64,000 nt of DNA from an uncultured delta proteobacterium (GTDB lineage Bacteria > Desulfobacterota > Desulfobacteria > Desulfobacterales > JAHEIW01). Shown here piece after piece: positions 17,708 to 28,288 of this stretch. The notes below the pieces were generated by a model. The model searched no databases. It saw nothing but the letters and a program-made list of their open reading frames with translations, and was not told the origin of the DNA. The stretch's first letter is position 1. Each line of letters starts with the position of its first letter. The translations under genes were made by a program, and so were the position numbers. Location of the stretch: contig CAVPNL010000001.1 in NCBI GenBank assembly GCA_963706575.1, positions 192,001 to 256,000 on the forward strand. Direction: 5' to 3'.

Positions 17708-19483
17708 TTATCCCGGTATTTTGGTTAATTTAATTTTTTCTTTACCCGATATCACATCATCGATGCCGATTTTCTCCTGTTTGAGGTATTCATCGCCAAA
17801 AGCCTTTTCGATCGCCCCTTCCTGGAAGAGCTTGACGGTGATAAGAACCCTCAGTCGCCGCTTATCGAGCTTATTCACCCCCGTCAGGGGCCAACCGTCA
17901 AGGATTTCCAGCCTTTCTGGCCATTGAAAAATAGCGATGCCCTGTTCCTCCATAAATCGTTGAATTTCTTTTAAGGTAATGGTCTGCCCCGCCTCCGGCT
18001 GGATAAAGGCACAAAGTTTTTCGCCCAGCTTCTCATTCGGCATGCCGACGACTGCAACGTACATCACCTTGGGGTGTCTTACCAGCAGATCCTCTACTGC
18101 TTCAGGGTAGACATTCTCACCGCCACGGATAATCATATCCTTTTTACGGCCTTCCACGACAAAGCGTCCGTCAGGCCTTTGAGACATCAGATCTCCTGAA
18201 TGAAAGAAACCCTTTTTGTCAAAAGCCTTTTCATTCTCTTCAGGATTTCTGAAGTAGCCTTTGAGGTTCAAGAATCCTTTGGCAACCATCTCGCCGATTT
18301 CCCCTTGTTGCACTTCTTCATTTTTTTCATTAAAAATCTTGATTTGGACCAACGGGTCCATATACATCGGGTAGCCGACCGTATACAGTTGAGGTTCCTT
18401 CGGGCTGTCCCAGCGATTGCAAATCAGTGGGCCCTCGGCCATCCCAAAATGATTGACTATATCTACGTCCAATTCAGTCAGGCAAAACTCGGCAAGCTCG
18501 GGTTTTACCTTTTGGGCGGCCACGCCCATAACTCGCAGGGTGGAAAGATCATATGTTTTGCGCAGCTCCAGCGCATTCTTCCAATAGGTTACCTGCACGG
18601 GGATCAAAAGGGTATGGGTCACACCATATTTTTGGATCAGCTCAAAGCTTTCCAGCGGTCTGGGGGATTTTGTCATTACGACGCTTGCCCCCATGAACAG
18701 TGCCGGGCCGGTCATGCCGGTGAAAGAGGCATTGTGTTCAACCGGAATAACGATGAGGGCTACGGACTCCTGGGTATATCCGGCTAATCTCGCATACCCC
18801 TCGAATTGACATATATAATCATTATGGGTTCTGGGTATTCCTTTGGGCAGACCGGTTGTCCCCCCTGACAATTGTTCACAGCAGATGTCATTGGGGTCCG
18901 GTTTGACGTCATCGAGATAGTCCGGTGGAACTTCAGCTTCAATCGGCTGCTCCAGAAGCGCATCCAGACTCAGCCACCCTTGCGGTGGCTTCCCTTCGGC
19001 GACCATCAAGATCTCTAAATAGGGATGCGGGTCTTTTATTTGCTCCACCATTTGCACAAAATCGAACTTCTCAGCGCCCATCACACAGATCCCGCGGGCA
19101 CGGTGGAGCCCGATTTCATGATTGACTTCCAGCTTCCTGTGTCTTGGGAGGCACATTATGGGTATGGCGCCGATCCGATTAAGTCCGAAAAATAGATAGA
19201 AAAATTCAATCACATTGACCATCTGGAGAACAAAGAAGTCCCCATACTGAACCCCTAATCTTTTGAGGTGAATGGCCATTCTGTTTGATTTTTCATGCAA
19301 CGCCTTCCAGGTAATCGCTTTGGTATCATCCGCACAGGCCAGTTTGTCAGGAAAGATATTTGCATTGCGCTCGAGCAGATCATACAAGGTCCAGTTACGC
19401 CAGAATCCTCCGGCAACATATCTGTCTATCTCTTCCTGGGTGAAAGGATGCCAGCCGTCAATAATTTCGCGATGGGTCATCAT
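17708..19483 (-). CDS. Aryl-acid adenylating enzyme / CoA ligase (DHB-AMP ligase-like)
   Basis: LSGGTTGLPKGIPRTHNDY, FGMAEG, FHSGD, GRKKDMIIRGGEN. Confidence 0.88.
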   Translation of the reverse strand: MMTHREIIDGWHPFTQEEIDRYVAGGFWRNWTLYDLLERNANIFPDKLACADDTKAITWKALHEKSNRMAIHLKRLGVQYGDFFVLQMVNVIEFFYLFFGLNRIGAIPIMCLPRHRKLEVNHEIGLHRARGICVMGAEKFDFVQMVEQIKDPHPYLEILMVAEGKPPQGWLSLDALLEQPIEAEVPPDYLDDVKPDPNDICCEQLSGGTTGLPKGIPRTHNDYICQFEGYARLAGYTQESVALIVIPVEHNASFTGMTGPALFMGASVVMTKSPRPLESFELIQKYGVTHTLLIPVQVTYWKNALELRKTYDLSTLRVMGVAAQKVKPELAEFCLTELDVDIVNHFGMAEGPLICNRWDSPKEPQLYTVGYPMYMDPLVQIKIFNEKNEEVQQGEIGEMVAKGFLNLKGYFRNPEENEKAFDKKGFFHSGDLMSQRPDGRFVVEGRKKDMIIRGGENVYPEAVEDLLVRHPKVMYVAVVGMPNEKLGEKLCAFIQPEAGQTITLKEIQRFMEEQGIAIFQWPERLEILDGWPLTGVNKLDKRRLRVLITVKLFQEGAIEKAFGDEYLKQEKIGIDDVISGKEKIKLTKIPG

Positions 19484-19924
19484 GGTCACCTCCTTTGCAA
19501 ACTGAAGACAAACCTTCCATGGGTCTAACTTCCCTGAAAGCCCAGCTGGCGGGAAAGGGAGCCAGCCGCCTCTCTTAAGGTCGGTTCAATGATTTTTTCT
19601 TTTTCTGAACTGAATTGTACGACAGGCACCGGAATGTTTATCGACGCCGCCACTGTCCGATGCAGATCAAATACCGGCGCTGCATGGTAATTATATGCTC
19701 ATCATTATTCGCATATAAAGGTGCTCTTTCACCGTTTTTGTCAACCCCAAAAACGCTTGTACACTATTTTAGTTGAGAATTGGAATCTGCAAACCGCTTG
19801 ACGAAAAAGAATATAATTGATTTAACATTGACGCTTGCACATCATACAAATGATACAGAACATAAGCTATAAAAAGGATCAGTTTGAAATTGCGGGATGA
19901 ATTAAAATAGAGGGGGGGAGTTTG

Positions 19925-21232
19925 ATGCAAAAAAAATACGATGCCATCATTATCGGTTCAGGCGTTATTGGGTGCTGTGTGGCCTTCGAACTGGCCAATC
20001 GGGGGTATAAGACACTGAGTGTGGACAAGCTCGGCGACGCCGGAATGGGTTCCACGAGCGGGTCATGCGCCATCATACGTTTTCATTATTCCACCACCGA
20101 AGGCGTGGCGCTGGCAAGAGAAGGTTATTACTACTGGCTGGACTGGCCCACCTATCTCGGGGTAAGGGACCCCGACGGCATGGTCACATACCGCAATACC
20201 GGGGCCCTGGTCATCAAAACGCCTGTCAATAAAAATCTCAGCCGTGTGAAAGCTGTTTTGGATGAATTTGGCATCGGCTATTTGGAACTGGAGCCGGAGG
20301 AGATCAGTCGCTACCTGCCCAACGTTAACCTGGCCAGCTACTTTCCCCAAAAATGGATAGACGATCCGGAATTCGGTCAGCCCACCGCGGAGAAGATTCC
20401 CGGTGCCCTCTGGATCCCCGAGTCCGGTTATATCTCAGACCCCAAACTTTCTGCGCATAACGTCCAGGTGGCGGCGCAGGCCAAAAAGGCTGAATTTTTA
20501 TACGGGGCAGAAGTTTCTGAGATATTGAAGGTAAAGGGGCGCGCCGCCGGCGTCAAGCTAAGCGACGGCAGCGAAATCGAAGCGCCGGTTGTGGTGAATG
20601 TGGCGGGTCCCCACTCCTTTTTAATCAATCGAATGGCCGGTGTAGAAGAATCGATGAAGATCAAAACACGTCCGATGAAGCAGGAAGTCGCCCATGTGCC
20701 GGCGCCCGGGGGAATGAATTGGGAGCGCGATGGTTACATGCTGTCTGACGGAGACATCGGTTGCTACTCGCGCCCGGAGGTGGGTAATCACATTTTGATC
20801 GGCAGTGAAGATCCGGAATGCGATCCGCTCCTGTGGGTGGACGACCCGGACAATTACGACACCAACTTTACCGATCAATTCAAGTGTATGGTCATGCGCG
20901 AAGGCATGCGGGTCAACGACCTGGCCATCCCCAACCAGTATCAGGGCGTGGTCGATCTCTATGACTGCAGTGATGACTGGATTCCCATTTACGACAAATC
21001 CGATCTGCCTGGATTTTACATGGCCATCGGCACCAGCGGCAATCAGTACAAAAACGCCCCGGTTGCGGGGGCGATGATGGCTGCACTGATCGATGCCTGC
21101 GAGAAGGGGCTCGATCACGATGCAGATCCGTTCCAGTTTTATATGAAATATACGCGGCGCAATCTAAACGTGGGGGTTTTCAGCCGGAATCGCGAAATCA
21201 ATAAAGATTCCAGTTTTTCGGTCATCGGCTAA
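19925..21232 (+). CDS. FAD-dependent oxidoreductase (DAO/sarcosine oxidase beta family)
   Basis: IIGSGVIG, GSTSGSCAIIR, VVNVAGPHS, GTSGNQYKNAP. Confidence 0.88.
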   Translation: MQKKYDAIIIGSGVIGCCVAFELANRGYKTLSVDKLGDAGMGSTSGSCAIIRFHYSTTEGVALAREGYYYWLDWPTYLGVRDPDGMVTYRNTGALVIKTPVNKNLSRVKAVLDEFGIGYLELEPEEISRYLPNVNLASYFPQKWIDDPEFGQPTAEKIPGALWIPESGYISDPKLSAHNVQVAAQAKKAEFLYGAEVSEILKVKGRAAGVKLSDGSEIEAPVVVNVAGPHSFLINRMAGVEESMKIKTRPMKQEVAHVPAPGGMNWERDGYMLSDGDIGCYSRPEVGNHILIGSEDPECDPLLWVDDPDNYDTNFTDQFKCMVMREGMRVNDLAIPNQYQGVVDLYDCSDDWIPIYDKSDLPGFYMAIGTSGNQYKNAPVAGAMMAALIDACEKGLDHDADPFQFYMKYTRRNLNVGVFSRNREINKDSSFSVIG

Positions 21233-21307
21233 AGAGCGCAACCGCTTACCATGCAAGTAATCATCAGTTGTTACGATAAGTAAAAAAAAATATGGAGGTT
21301 ATATCAA

Positions 21308-21880
21308 ATGGATAAGATCAATTTGGGATCAACTATCCCCGCATACCCCATGCCTGTTTCCCTTGTGGGAGCCTATGTGGACGGCAAGCCGAATTTTATG
21401 GCCGTGGCATGGTTTACCATGGCCAGTTATAAACCACCAAGGATTGCCATTACCCTCGGGAAGGGCCATTACACCAATCCTGGAATTAAAGAGAATAAAA
21501 CCTTCAGCGTTTGCCTGCCTTCGGAGGATATGGTGGAAATGACTGATTATTGCGGAATTGTATCGGGTAAAAAAACCGATAAATCGGAGATTTTTGATCT
21601 TTTTTATGGTGAGCTGAAAACAGCCCCGTTGATCAGAGACTGTCCTTTATGCATGGAATGTAAGCTGGTGGAAATTGTGGAGAGTGCTTCGAATGAAATC
21701 TTCATTGGCGAAATCATGGGAACCTACACAGAAGATAGATTTCTGACTGATGGTAAATTGGATTTTAGAAAAATGAAGCCCTTGATACTCTCACAACCGG
21801 ACACCTCTTATTGGCGCCTTGGGGAACAGATGGCCAGGGCCTGGAGTATCGGTAAAAAATACAAAGCCAAACGCAAGTAG
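21308..21880 (+). CDS. Flavin reductase/flavoredoxin family protein
   Basis: PMPVSLVG, NFMAVAW, DYCGIVSG, APLIRDCPLCMEC. Confidence 0.88.
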   Translation: MDKINLGSTIPAYPMPVSLVGAYVDGKPNFMAVAWFTMASYKPPRIAITLGKGHYTNPGIKENKTFSVCLPSEDMVEMTDYCGIVSGKKTDKSEIFDLFYGELKTAPLIRDCPLCMECKLVEIVESASNEIFIGEIMGTYTEDRFLTDGKLDFRKMKPLILSQPDTSYWRLGEQMARAWSIGKKYKAKRK

Positions 21881-22003
21881 CACCGTTGGCAAAGAGGCAG
21901 GCAACTCTCGAGTAGTTCAATAATTCTTGACAGAAAACCTTTCCAGCTTCAACCTCTCAGAAGCAAAGGACGGGCAATTGAAAACAGGAAATCGGCTGCA
22001 GGA

Positions 22004-22624
22004 TCATTTCTTTTGCGCGAGCAAAATCCGGTTATTCTTTTTGCGGGATTTTTCGATTTGCTTGTCTGTTCCCCAGCGCCTGAACAGATCGTGTTCGATG
22101 CCCATGTAGTCGAACACCTTGCCGATGGTCTGGTCGATGATATCTTCGATGGTCTCGGGTTGGTGGTAGAATGACGGCACCGGGGGCAATATGTGGGCGC
22201 CCATTTCGGCAGCCAGAGTCATCAGGCGAAGGTGTCCCACATGCAGCGGTGTTTCCCTGACCACCAGAACCAGTTTGCGCTTTTCTTTCAACGTCACATC
22301 CGCCGTCCGCACCAGCAGGTTTTCATTATAGGAATTGGCGATAGCGGAAAGCGATTTAATGGTACAGGGTATGACGACCATGCCTTCGGTCAAAAAGGAG
22401 CCGCTTGCCAGGGATGCGGCCATATCCTTATGATCGTAGACGAAATCCGCCATGGTTTCAACATCAGCTGGCTTGTAGCTGGTTTCGATTTCGATATTTA
22501 GCCGGCCGGCGTTGGAAATGATCAAATGGGTTTCGAAGTCCGTTTGCCGCAGCACGTCCAACATGCGTACCCCGTAAGTGACCCCGCTGGCCCCCGATAT
22601 GCCGATCACGATTCTTTTAGCCAT
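22004..22624 (-). CDS. ubiX: Flavin prenyltransferase
   Basis: GISGASG, ASGS, PCTIKSL, LKEKRKLVLVVRETP, PPVPSFY. Confidence 0.95.
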   Translation of the reverse strand: MAKRIVIGISGASGVTYGVRMLDVLRQTDFETHLIISNAGRLNIEIETSYKPADVETMADFVYDHKDMAASLASGSFLTEGMVVIPCTIKSLSAIANSYNENLLVRTADVTLKEKRKLVLVVRETPLHVGHLRLMTLAAEMGAHILPPVPSFYHQPETIEDIIDQTIGKVFDYMGIEHDLFRRWGTDKQIEKSRKKNNRILLAQKK

Positions 22625-22723
22625 TAATTTTTCCTTTTGGTTTAAAAACCTTATTTTTTTATATATGATTTTGGGTTAAATGAATATATTTTAACGTTTA
22701 TCCTCAGAATTTTTTTGACGAGA

Positions 22724-23113
22724 TCAAGTTTCAGAAGCAAGCCGGGCCAGAATCATCTCCACCAGGGTCTCAGTGTTGCGGACAACATGCTGGATGCCTT
22801 TAGGGGCAAGGTTGTCCCAGTGGATTCCGGCCGTGACAACGACCTGGGTTTTTAACGCAGCCGCCAGAATTTCGGCAGCGGCCTTGGCCAGTTCGTCTTC
22901 CTTGTGCCCCACCAGGCAGATAACGGATGCGCTGGAACTGGTAACATCCGGGTCTTTGAGACTCGGGCGCGGCTGGGCCACCGCCACCGCTCCGATATGC
23001 GGTTTTTCACCGCCCCAGATAGCCACCAGCACATCCTCGCCGATCAATCGGACGCTGGCGGACAGATTATAAGCATCTTCCTCGGTTTTTATAATAAATT
23101 CTTGGATTGTCAT
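22724..23113 (-). CDS. lpdD: Prenylated-flavin chaperone LpdD-like
   Basis: GGEKPHIGAVA, GHKE, AGIH motifs; adjacent to ubiX. Confidence 0.75.
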   Translation of the reverse strand: MTIQEFIIKTEEDAYNLSASVRLIGEDVLVAIWGGEKPHIGAVAVAQPRPSLKDPDVTSSSASVICLVGHKEDELAKAAAEILAAALKTQVVVTAGIHWDNLAPKGIQHVVRNTETLVEMILARLASET

Positions 23114-24325
23114 TTAAAAAATTTCCAACGCAGCGTTAACAACTGCCCGGGCAAAGGCTTCATCTTCCATGTGGGCCTGGACTTCGACAATTTGGATTTG
23201 AGAATTCAATTTTTCACGAAGCTCTTCGATAAAAATGCGATCCTCTTCGGGATTGTGTGTCGGGTTGCCCGGCATGTCCACGGACGACCACCCGTTAAGC
23301 GGTATCATCATTCTTACCGGGCCCGCGGCACGGTTCAGTTTTTCCGCAAATACCTGGGCCACTTTTTTTAATTCATCCGGTGAAATCCGCAGCCAGGTGC
23401 GAAATTTATCCAGATCGTATTTTGCGCGTTGATGGTGCTCGGGCGTATATCTGGATTTAGAAGGCGTAATATGATTTACACTGCAGGTGGCAATGATCTG
23501 AGGGATTCCAATCTTGCCGGCCGATTCCAGGCGATTGGGGCCCGCATCCCTCGTAAAACCGAACAGGTGTTCACCAACCCCTCCGGGCGCCAGATCGACG
23601 ACACCCTGAAATAATTTTTGGGAAATCATTTCCTCCATAGCGCGGTCGCAGATCCCGGCGGCATGGAAGCCGATGACCTGGTAGCCTGCTTTTTGCAATT
23701 CGGCCTGAACCCGACTGGCACATTCATCGCAGGGTCCCAGCATGGTCAGTGCGATGGCCGTACTTTTGCCCGTTCCGGGTGAAGTGACGTTGCCTTGAAC
23801 CATCCCGGCAAGGGCACAGGCTGCCCGATCAAAAACATTTTTAAGCAAATCCGAAAGCCCCGACAATTCGATGACCGAATGAAAAAGGATAATGTCACCG
23901 GTACCGATATAGCGGGTGGAAAGACCGGGGAGGGCCGCGGCCGAAGAAATCATCAATTTGGGAAAACCGAAGGGCAGGGACCGCATCACTTCAGTAACCA
24001 TCAGAGAGCCGGTGGCACCGCCCATGCCGGTAACCCCGTGGATTTTGCCTTCCACTTGCAGTTGCTTGGCGATGGTGGAGGCCCCCGCGATGGTGATGTT
24101 GGTTATCCGGGCGCGATCTTTCGACTGGCGGATGTCTTCAAAGCGGCTTCCCCCCGCTTCAGCCACACGATCCGGCAGAATATCGGCTTCCGAAGCCCCG
24201 TCACCGCGCATCGAAATATCCATTAGCAGGGCATTGAGCCCGAGCGACTCCACCTGCTCCTTGAGGTATAAGGTTTCTTCCCTTTTGGTATTCAGGGTAG
24301 AGATAATCAGAACAGTCTTTTTCAT
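23114..24325 (-). CDS. Tm-1-like ATP-binding domain protein (UPF0261)
   Basis: TLNTK, GMGGATGS, LPFGFPKLMIS, FHAAG, AEKLN. Confidence 0.85.
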   Translation of the reverse strand: MKKTVLIISTLNTKREETLYLKEQVESLGLNALLMDISMRGDGASEADILPDRVAEAGGSRFEDIRQSKDRARITNITIAGASTIAKQLQVEGKIHGVTGMGGATGSLMVTEVMRSLPFGFPKLMISSAAALPGLSTRYIGTGDIILFHSVIELSGLSDLLKNVFDRAACALAGMVQGNVTSPGTGKSTAIALTMLGPCDECASRVQAELQKAGYQVIGFHAAGICDRAMEEMISQKLFQGVVDLAPGGVGEHLFGFTRDAGPNRLESAGKIGIPQIIATCSVNHITPSKSRYTPEHHQRAKYDLDKFRTWLRISPDELKKVAQVFAEKLNRAAGPVRMMIPLNGWSSVDMPGNPTHNPEEDRIFIEELREKLNSQIQIVEVQAHMEDEAFARAVVNAALEIF

Positions 24326-24349
24326 CGGCTATATTTTAGTAAAGTGTTG

Positions 24350-24422
24350 CTCACGCAAAGCCGCTTAGCAAGTAAGGTTTAAAGCTAAAAATCTTCTTTG
24401 CGACGTTGCGTCTTTGCGTGAG
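24350..24422. repeat. Inverted repeat with octamer units
   Basis: CTCACGCAAAG...CTTTGCGA/CGTTGCGT/CTTTGCGTGAG. Confidence 0.7.
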
Positions 24423-24433
24423 GCCAATTAAGG

Positions 24434-26089
24434 TTAGGAACTTTCCTGTTTTACTTTCTCGGCGATTTCCTTTTTAAGCGTCTCTTTATTGACTTTTCCG
24501 GAATCGCCGACGGCCGGAAATTCGGACACGACCTCCAAGCGTTCCGGCAGTTTGAACATGGCCAGCTGTTTGCCCTTCAGGAATTCCACCATCTCATCGA
24601 AGGCAAAATCCTGGCCGGCTTTGGGTATCACATAAGCGCAGGCGCGTTCACCCATCTCTTTGTCAGGGTAGCCGACAATAGCCACCGAGGCCACCTTGGG
24701 GTGATCGTTTAACAATCCCTCGATTTCAGCCGGATAGATGTTTTGGCCGCCGCGAATAATCATGTCTTTTGAGCGGCCCAGAATCCACAGGCATTCCTGG
24801 TCGAATTTGACGATGTCTCCGGTGGTGGTCCAGCCATCGGGGTCGAATACCGTGGCGGTAAGCTCCTCATCACGGTAATAGCCGGCAGGCGCGTGGGGGC
24901 CTCTGAAATAGAGGATGCCGGGCTCTCCATCCGGCACTTTATTGCCGTCTTCATCCAACAGGCGTACCTTGTTGCCGGGCAGCATGCGGCCGACGGTTCG
25001 GCGTCTGAGGTCTTTGGTATCCTCCACCCGGCATCCGGATACCGAGCCCATATCCTGGGTGCCCAGGTCGCTGGTGATGACGGCACCGAAGGCCTGTTCT
25101 GCTTCTTCGGCAATCTGGGGTGAGAGGTAGCCGCCGGCAGAGCGAATAAAACGCAAAGAGCTTAAGTCATATTTGGAGGTGTCGCATTCCAGCATCCGCA
25201 CCAGGTGGGTGGGGACCACACCGATGGCAGTAGCCTTTTCTTTTTCTATCAGGGCCAGGGCGTCTTGCGGGACGAACTCTTCCAGCATGACTGTTTTGGC
25301 GCCGGCCAGCGGCGCTGCAAAGTAGGTCAGAGTTCCGGCTGCACCGCCGGCGTGCGGGGCAATCGCCATGGTAATATCATTGTTGTTCAGGCCCCAGATG
25401 CTCACGCGTCCCTTTGACGTGCAGACACGGGGGGCGGTAGGCCATTCCACCAGCTTGGGCAGCCCGGTGGTGCCGGAAGTGGTTGTCAGCAGGGCGACAT
25501 TCCAGAGCGGATCCAGTCGTCTTTCGTTAAGCACATTTTCATCAATGGGATTTTCAGCGGCCTCCCGGGCCAATTGGGTCAGAGAATAGGTGTTCTCCGG
25601 AGCTGAATCCGGCACGGTGTCGTCAAAAAGGAAAATATTTTTTAGATGCGGAAAGCGCTGTTGCAGGTCCTTATACATTTCAAGATAATCAAAATTGCGG
25701 TATTCATGAGGAATCACCACCGCTGTGGCTTCCGTTCTTTCTACCATGTATTCCAATTCTCTTTGACGCAGATACGGATAGACCGTCAGAGATATGAGGC
25801 CGGCTCTTTCGCTGGCAATTCTGGCCAGAAAGCCGTAAACACTGTTTGGGGACTGAATAATAATACGTGAATATTGCGGGATTCCCATTTGAACCCAGGT
25901 AGCGGCAATTCCGTCCACTAGGCGTTTGGCCTGCGCCCATGTCACGCGAAATTTGGAATCCACCAGCGCTTCCTGGTCGCCGTACTCGCGGGCATTTCTA
26001 TTCCAGAAGTCGTAAAAGAGCTCCTGGGTCCAGTATCCTTCGTTTAAAAATTCGTCCACCATCTCTTTTTGATAACGAATGGGTTTCAC
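24434..26089 (-). CDS. Aryl/alicyclic acid-CoA ligase
   Basis: TTSGTTGLPK, TTGD, GRSKDMIIRGGQN, ERAC, PERL; GTG start. Confidence 0.88.
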   Translation of the reverse strand: MKPIRYQKEMVDEFLNEGYWTQELFYDFWNRNAREYGDQEALVDSKFRVTWAQAKRLVDGIAATWVQMGIPQYSRIIIQSPNSVYGFLARIASERAGLISLTVYPYLRQRELEYMVERTEATAVVIPHEYRNFDYLEMYKDLQQRFPHLKNIFLFDDTVPDSAPENTYSLTQLAREAAENPIDENVLNERRLDPLWNVALLTTTSGTTGLPKLVEWPTAPRVCTSKGRVSIWGLNNNDITMAIAPHAGGAAGTLTYFAAPLAGAKTVMLEEFVPQDALALIEKEKATAIGVVPTHLVRMLECDTSKYDLSSLRFIRSAGGYLSPQIAEEAEQAFGAVITSDLGTQDMGSVSGCRVEDTKDLRRRTVGRMLPGNKVRLLDEDGNKVPDGEPGILYFRGPHAPAGYYRDEELTATVFDPDGWTTTGDIVKFDQECLWILGRSKDMIIRGGQNIYPAEIEGLLNDHPKVASVAIVGYPDKEMGERACAYVIPKAGQDFAFDEMVEFLKGKQLAMFKLPERLEVVSEFPAVGDSGKVNKETLKKEIAEKVKQESS

Positions 26090-26131
26090 AGGTATCCTCC
26101 CTTTGCGTGTTTAAATCGTTCTGTGGTAATG

Positions 26132-26662
26132 CTAGTCTTCCTCTTTTTTAGATGCGGCGCGTTTGGCCTTAAGACCGGCTTTAAATGTTTCCCAAAATTG
26201 CCTGTCGGTATCTTTCCAGGCCGCTCCCCAGCGTTTTTCGAAATAGGAAACCGGTAGACGGTCATGCCAGGACTTCCAGGGATCGCGGCCTTCCTTTTTT
26301 GCGATCAATACATCCGTCAAATAGTCAATAATGTTTGTCAGCTCTTCTTTGGGCAAATAAGACACCGCGCCCTCTTTGATCGATCGCACAAGATTATCCG
26401 GGCTCCAGGCATGCGCGGTCAGCATGACCGCCGGGATGTTTTTGCGGGTCGCAATTTCCAGCAGACCGTAACCGTCAACCCCCATAATATCCAGGATCAC
26501 CAGATCAAACGGTTGCGATTCCAGCATTTTCCGGGCTTCCTTAAATGAAGGCGCGGTTACCAACTTACACATCGGCAGTAAATCGACCAATGTGTCCAGA
26601 ACATCCTGCTCGTCGTCGACTGCCAGGACCCGTTTGCCATCCAATAACTTATGCTCTGCCAT
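26132..26662 (-). CDS. Response regulator receiver protein with short C-terminal extension
   Basis: AVDDE, LVILDIMGVDG, MLTAH, YLPK. Confidence 0.88.
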   Translation of the reverse strand: MAEHKLLDGKRVLAVDDEQDVLDTLVDLLPMCKLVTAPSFKEARKMLESQPFDLVILDIMGVDGYGLLEIATRKNIPAVMLTAHAWSPDNLVRSIKEGAVSYLPKEELTNIIDYLTDVLIAKKEGRDPWKSWHDRLPVSYFEKRWGAAWKDTDRQFWETFKAGLKAKRAASKKEED

Positions 26663-26735
26663 CTTTGCAGTTCCTTTTTACTTTTTTCTCTGCGGATTAT
26701 TGCCACAGATAACTCAGGTTTCGGAAAACAAATAA

Positions 26736-26816
26736 TATCCGCAGATTTTCGCAGATTAAAAAATTATTAATAAATCTCTTTTGTTCAATCCGTGTAATCT
26801 GCGTAATCTGCGGATA
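26736..26816. repeat. Inverted repeat with 9/10-mer units
   Basis: TATCCGCAGATT/TTCGCAGATT...AATCCGTGT/AATCTGCGT/AATCTGCGGATA. Confidence 0.75.
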
Positions 26817-26831
26817 AAAGCTTTTAATACG

Positions 26832-28238
26832 CTAAAGGCCTAGCTCAGACCATCTTGCCTGAACCTTTTTTACGATTTCCGGATCCAGCTCGATGGGAAT
26901 TGGCTTGTCTTTCCAGTCATAGGGAATCGTGGCATCCAGCAGGAGCCGGCCGGTAATCTCCCTGGCATTTATGGGAAGCGAGGGGTCAAGCGGTGTTGAT
27001 CTTCCGCGTTTAATCACCTGAGACCGGTTGGGCTGGAACCGGAAGCTCAGGGCATACATGACCCGCGGGATATCCCAGGGATCAATATCTTCATCCACGA
27101 CGATAACCGTCTTCAGTCCATAGGCACCCATCTCGGTAGAAATAGCCGCGGTCAGAACCTGATCGGCATGCCCGGGATACATCTGCTTCATGGAGATGAT
27201 GGCGAGAAACCGTCCGGATCCTTCCGGCGGGCAGTAAACCCCCTTCAAGCCCGGTATTTTCATGGCCAGCAGCTGCTGCCACAGGGTCGCGCCGTATGAA
27301 AGTGCCATGGTCATATGCGTGTCGGTGACTGCTCGGCCCACGGTGGTTCCCCATAAAATGGGGTTGTTTCTGTGGGTGACGCATTTGACATCGATGTAAT
27401 TGCGGGGATCCGTCCCCACCCCGGAATAATAGCCGGTATATTCTCCAAACGGCCCTTCTTCCATGAATTTATCGGCATCCACTTCACCTTCGATGACGAT
27501 TTCGGCATGAGCCGGTATGGGCAGATCCACGGTTTCTCCCTTCACCACTTCAACGGCTTCGCCTCGCAGAGCGCCGTACACATCATATTCCGATACAAAT
27601 GCAGATACACGGGCCGCCCCTAAGACAAAGAGCAGCGGGTCGCATCCGATCACCGAAGCCACCGGCATGGGTTTGCCCATGGCCTGGTATTTCTTCAGCA
27701 TGATGTCGGCGTGTTTTCCTTTGATGAACTGGGTGCCGATTTTGTCTTTCTCTAAAAGCTGGCTGCGGTAGGTCCCCAGATTCACCCATCCGCTCTCCGG
27801 ATCCTTGCTGATGATGAAATGGGCCGTACCGATATAGCGTCCGCCGTCAAGCGGATACCACTGGGGAACCGGGAATTTAAAAAGGTCGATTTGATCGCCG
27901 GTTAATATATTTTCTTTACACGGTGCGCTTGATGATGCCACTTCTTTAGGCGCTATCAAGTTTTCACCCAGCTTGGCCCATTCTTCATATAGATCCCCCA
28001 GCGTGGATTCAAGCGGCATGCCCATAATCAAAGCCAGTCGCTGGGTTGTGGTGCAGACACTGGTGATGACCGGCGTGTCGTAGTCTTTGACATTTTCAAA
28101 TAGGAGTGCCGGACCGCTTTGCTCTTCGTTAAGCTTGGCAATATGCGACAGCTCCAGGTTCCAATCGACTTCGGCCGTGATCCGTTTGCACAGACCCGTT
28201 TCCTCGCCTGCTGCAATAAAATCCCTCATGTCTTTCAT
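26832..28238 (-). CDS. ppcB: UbiD family (de)carboxylase, phenylphosphate carboxylase beta-like
   Basis: EVDWNLELSHIAKLNEE, NLGTYR, EGPFGEYTGYY, VVDEDID, LDPS; downstream of pps genes; AGGAGG before ATG 28238. Confidence 0.8.
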   Translation of the reverse strand: MKDMRDFIAAGEETGLCKRITAEVDWNLELSHIAKLNEEQSGPALLFENVKDYDTPVITSVCTTTQRLALIMGMPLESTLGDLYEEWAKLGENLIAPKEVASSSAPCKENILTGDQIDLFKFPVPQWYPLDGGRYIGTAHFIISKDPESGWVNLGTYRSQLLEKDKIGTQFIKGKHADIMLKKYQAMGKPMPVASVIGCDPLLFVLGAARVSAFVSEYDVYGALRGEAVEVVKGETVDLPIPAHAEIVIEGEVDADKFMEEGPFGEYTGYYSGVGTDPRNYIDVKCVTHRNNPILWGTTVGRAVTDTHMTMALSYGATLWQQLLAMKIPGLKGVYCPPEGSGRFLAIISMKQMYPGHADQVLTAAISTEMGAYGLKTVIVVDEDIDPWDIPRVMYALSFRFQPNRSQVIKRGRSTPLDPSLPINAREITGRLLLDATIPYDWKDKPIPIELDPEIVKKVQARWSELGL

Positions 28239-28288
28239 AAAACATTTCCTCCTTTTCAAATTAATAAAATTGCCTTTGGTTAATATAT

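Noticed and set aside
17658..17927. ORFs sharing NQNPIFEMGSN (also 47045-47293), and the antisense ORF 46885-47217
   Set aside because: They are translations of the repeated MITE-like DNA, not a gene family
17708..19483. Siderophore biosynthesis (entE/dhbE)
   Set aside because: No isochorismate, carrier-protein or NRPS genes; the context is catabolic
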